Source of the DNA: Oculatellaceae cyanobacterium bins.114
Lineage (GTDB): Bacteria > Cyanobacteriota > Cyanobacteriia > Elainellales > Elainellaceae
Assembly (NCBI GenBank): GCA_033764315.1
Contig: JANRJA010000020.1
Coordinates: 1-30,562 of the forward strand
Direction of reading: 5' to 3'
Length of the DNA: 30,562 bases
Part shown: positions 30,043 to 30,562 of the stretch, in pieces
Position numbering within the stretch: position 1 is the first letter of the stretch
Layout of the letters: the number at the start of each line of letters is the position of its first letter
Notes under the pieces: model-generated
The model's input: only the letters and a program-made list of their open reading frames with translations
Told to the model about the DNA's origin: nothing
Databases searched by the model: none
Translations under genes and position numbers: made by a program

Positions 30043-30065
30043 ACAGTCCTTTTTGGCACAACATT

Positions 30066-30269
30066 ATGCGACTCATTTTTTTGTTACTCGGTGGGGCGAT
30101 CGCCACAACATCTGTTGTCGGTGTTGCACTCCTTTCGTGGATTGCTCAAACCAGTTCTAGCAGTTTAGAGTTTCTCGCCAGTTGCGCGCCTAGCCTACCT
30201 GAGGGCGATCGCCCGACTCAAGATCCTTCTCCAACGCCATCTCCGTCTCCCTCGCCCCGTCAGTCGTAA
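30066..30269 (+). CDS. Small membrane-anchored protein with Pro/Ser tail
   Basis: Hydrophobic N-terminus; LASC; PSPTPSPSPSP; contains two HIP1 sites; operon-like spacing. Confidence 0.5.
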   Translation: MRLIFLLLGGAIATTSVVGVALLSWIAQTSSSSLEFLASCAPSLPEGDRPTQDPSPTPSPSPSPRQS

Positions 30270-30280
30270 TCGCACATTTT

Positions 30281-30427
30281 ATGAGCCATCTTTCTGACCT
30301 TACGCTGTCCCGATATCAACCAACCTCTCCTCGTCCACAAACTATCATCATTGCCGTTCTGTTAGGACTGCTGACGCTGGGAGCGATCGGAGTCAGTCCC
30401 TACGGAGGATTGAAACAAAGCACCTGA
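30281..30427 (+). pseudogene. Truncated 5' end of a YeeE/YedE (thiosulfate transporter)-like gene
   Basis: MSHLSDLTLSRYQPTSPRPQTIIIAVLLGLLTLGAIGVSPYGGLKQST-stop. PRPQ-TM-YG.KQS recalls cyanobacterial YeeE N-termini, and the gene follows a rhodanese. Confidence 0.5.
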
Positions 30428-30562
30428 CGGGGTGACAAGAGTAGCTACAAAGCAGACTGGACAAGCTTCATCGCCCTCATACCCTTGCGATAATACTGCC
30501 ACTTGTGGGGTGAGAGTTGAAGTAATTGGGTAACGATTTCAGCATAAGGAGCCATGAACTGT
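30422..30562 (+). mobile_element. Possible left end of an insertion sequence (continues beyond the window)
   Basis: Abrupt stop of the YeeE-like ORF at ACCTGACGGGGTGACAAG; new AAGGAG RBS (30546) and ATG AAC TGT (MNC...) at 30554. Confidence 0.35.

Overview
A 30.5-kb chromosomal window from a cyanobacterium, probably filamentous. Evidence: roughly 40-45 copies by eye of the HIP1 octamer GCGATCGC, an hpsE-like gene, an SLH-porin and cyanobacterial MITE/REP-like repeats. From left to right: (i) a signalling block with a CheY-like receiver converging on a membrane GAF-PAS histidine kinase, and a divergent FecR-domain gene plus CHASE2 hybrid kinase; (ii) a DUF1517-like gene and an Arg/Ser/Gly-tailed lipoprotein; (iii) a five-gene minus-strand glycan synthesis/tailoring operon (HpsE-like GT2, pyruvyl transferase, AsnB-like protein lacking the N-terminal Cys, QueC-like PP-loop/Zn protein, SAM methyltransferase); (iv) a membrane protein and a DUF4189 protein; (v) a MerR-led electrophile/carbonyl detox operon (two AKR paralogues, NAD(P)H:quinone reductase, SDR) with three copies of a palindromic operator and a 'headless' MerR paralogue; (vi) nadK, DUF2993, exbB-exbD and a porin with a large acidic insertion; (vii) a sulfur module (exported rhodanese, small ORF, and a YeeE/YedE-like gene apparently cut off by an insertion at the window edge). 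The best candidates for something undescribed are the Cys-free MerR plus HTH-less MerR partner, and the glycan-tailoring operon with two PP-loop ATPases. All family assignments come from motif recognition, not database searches.
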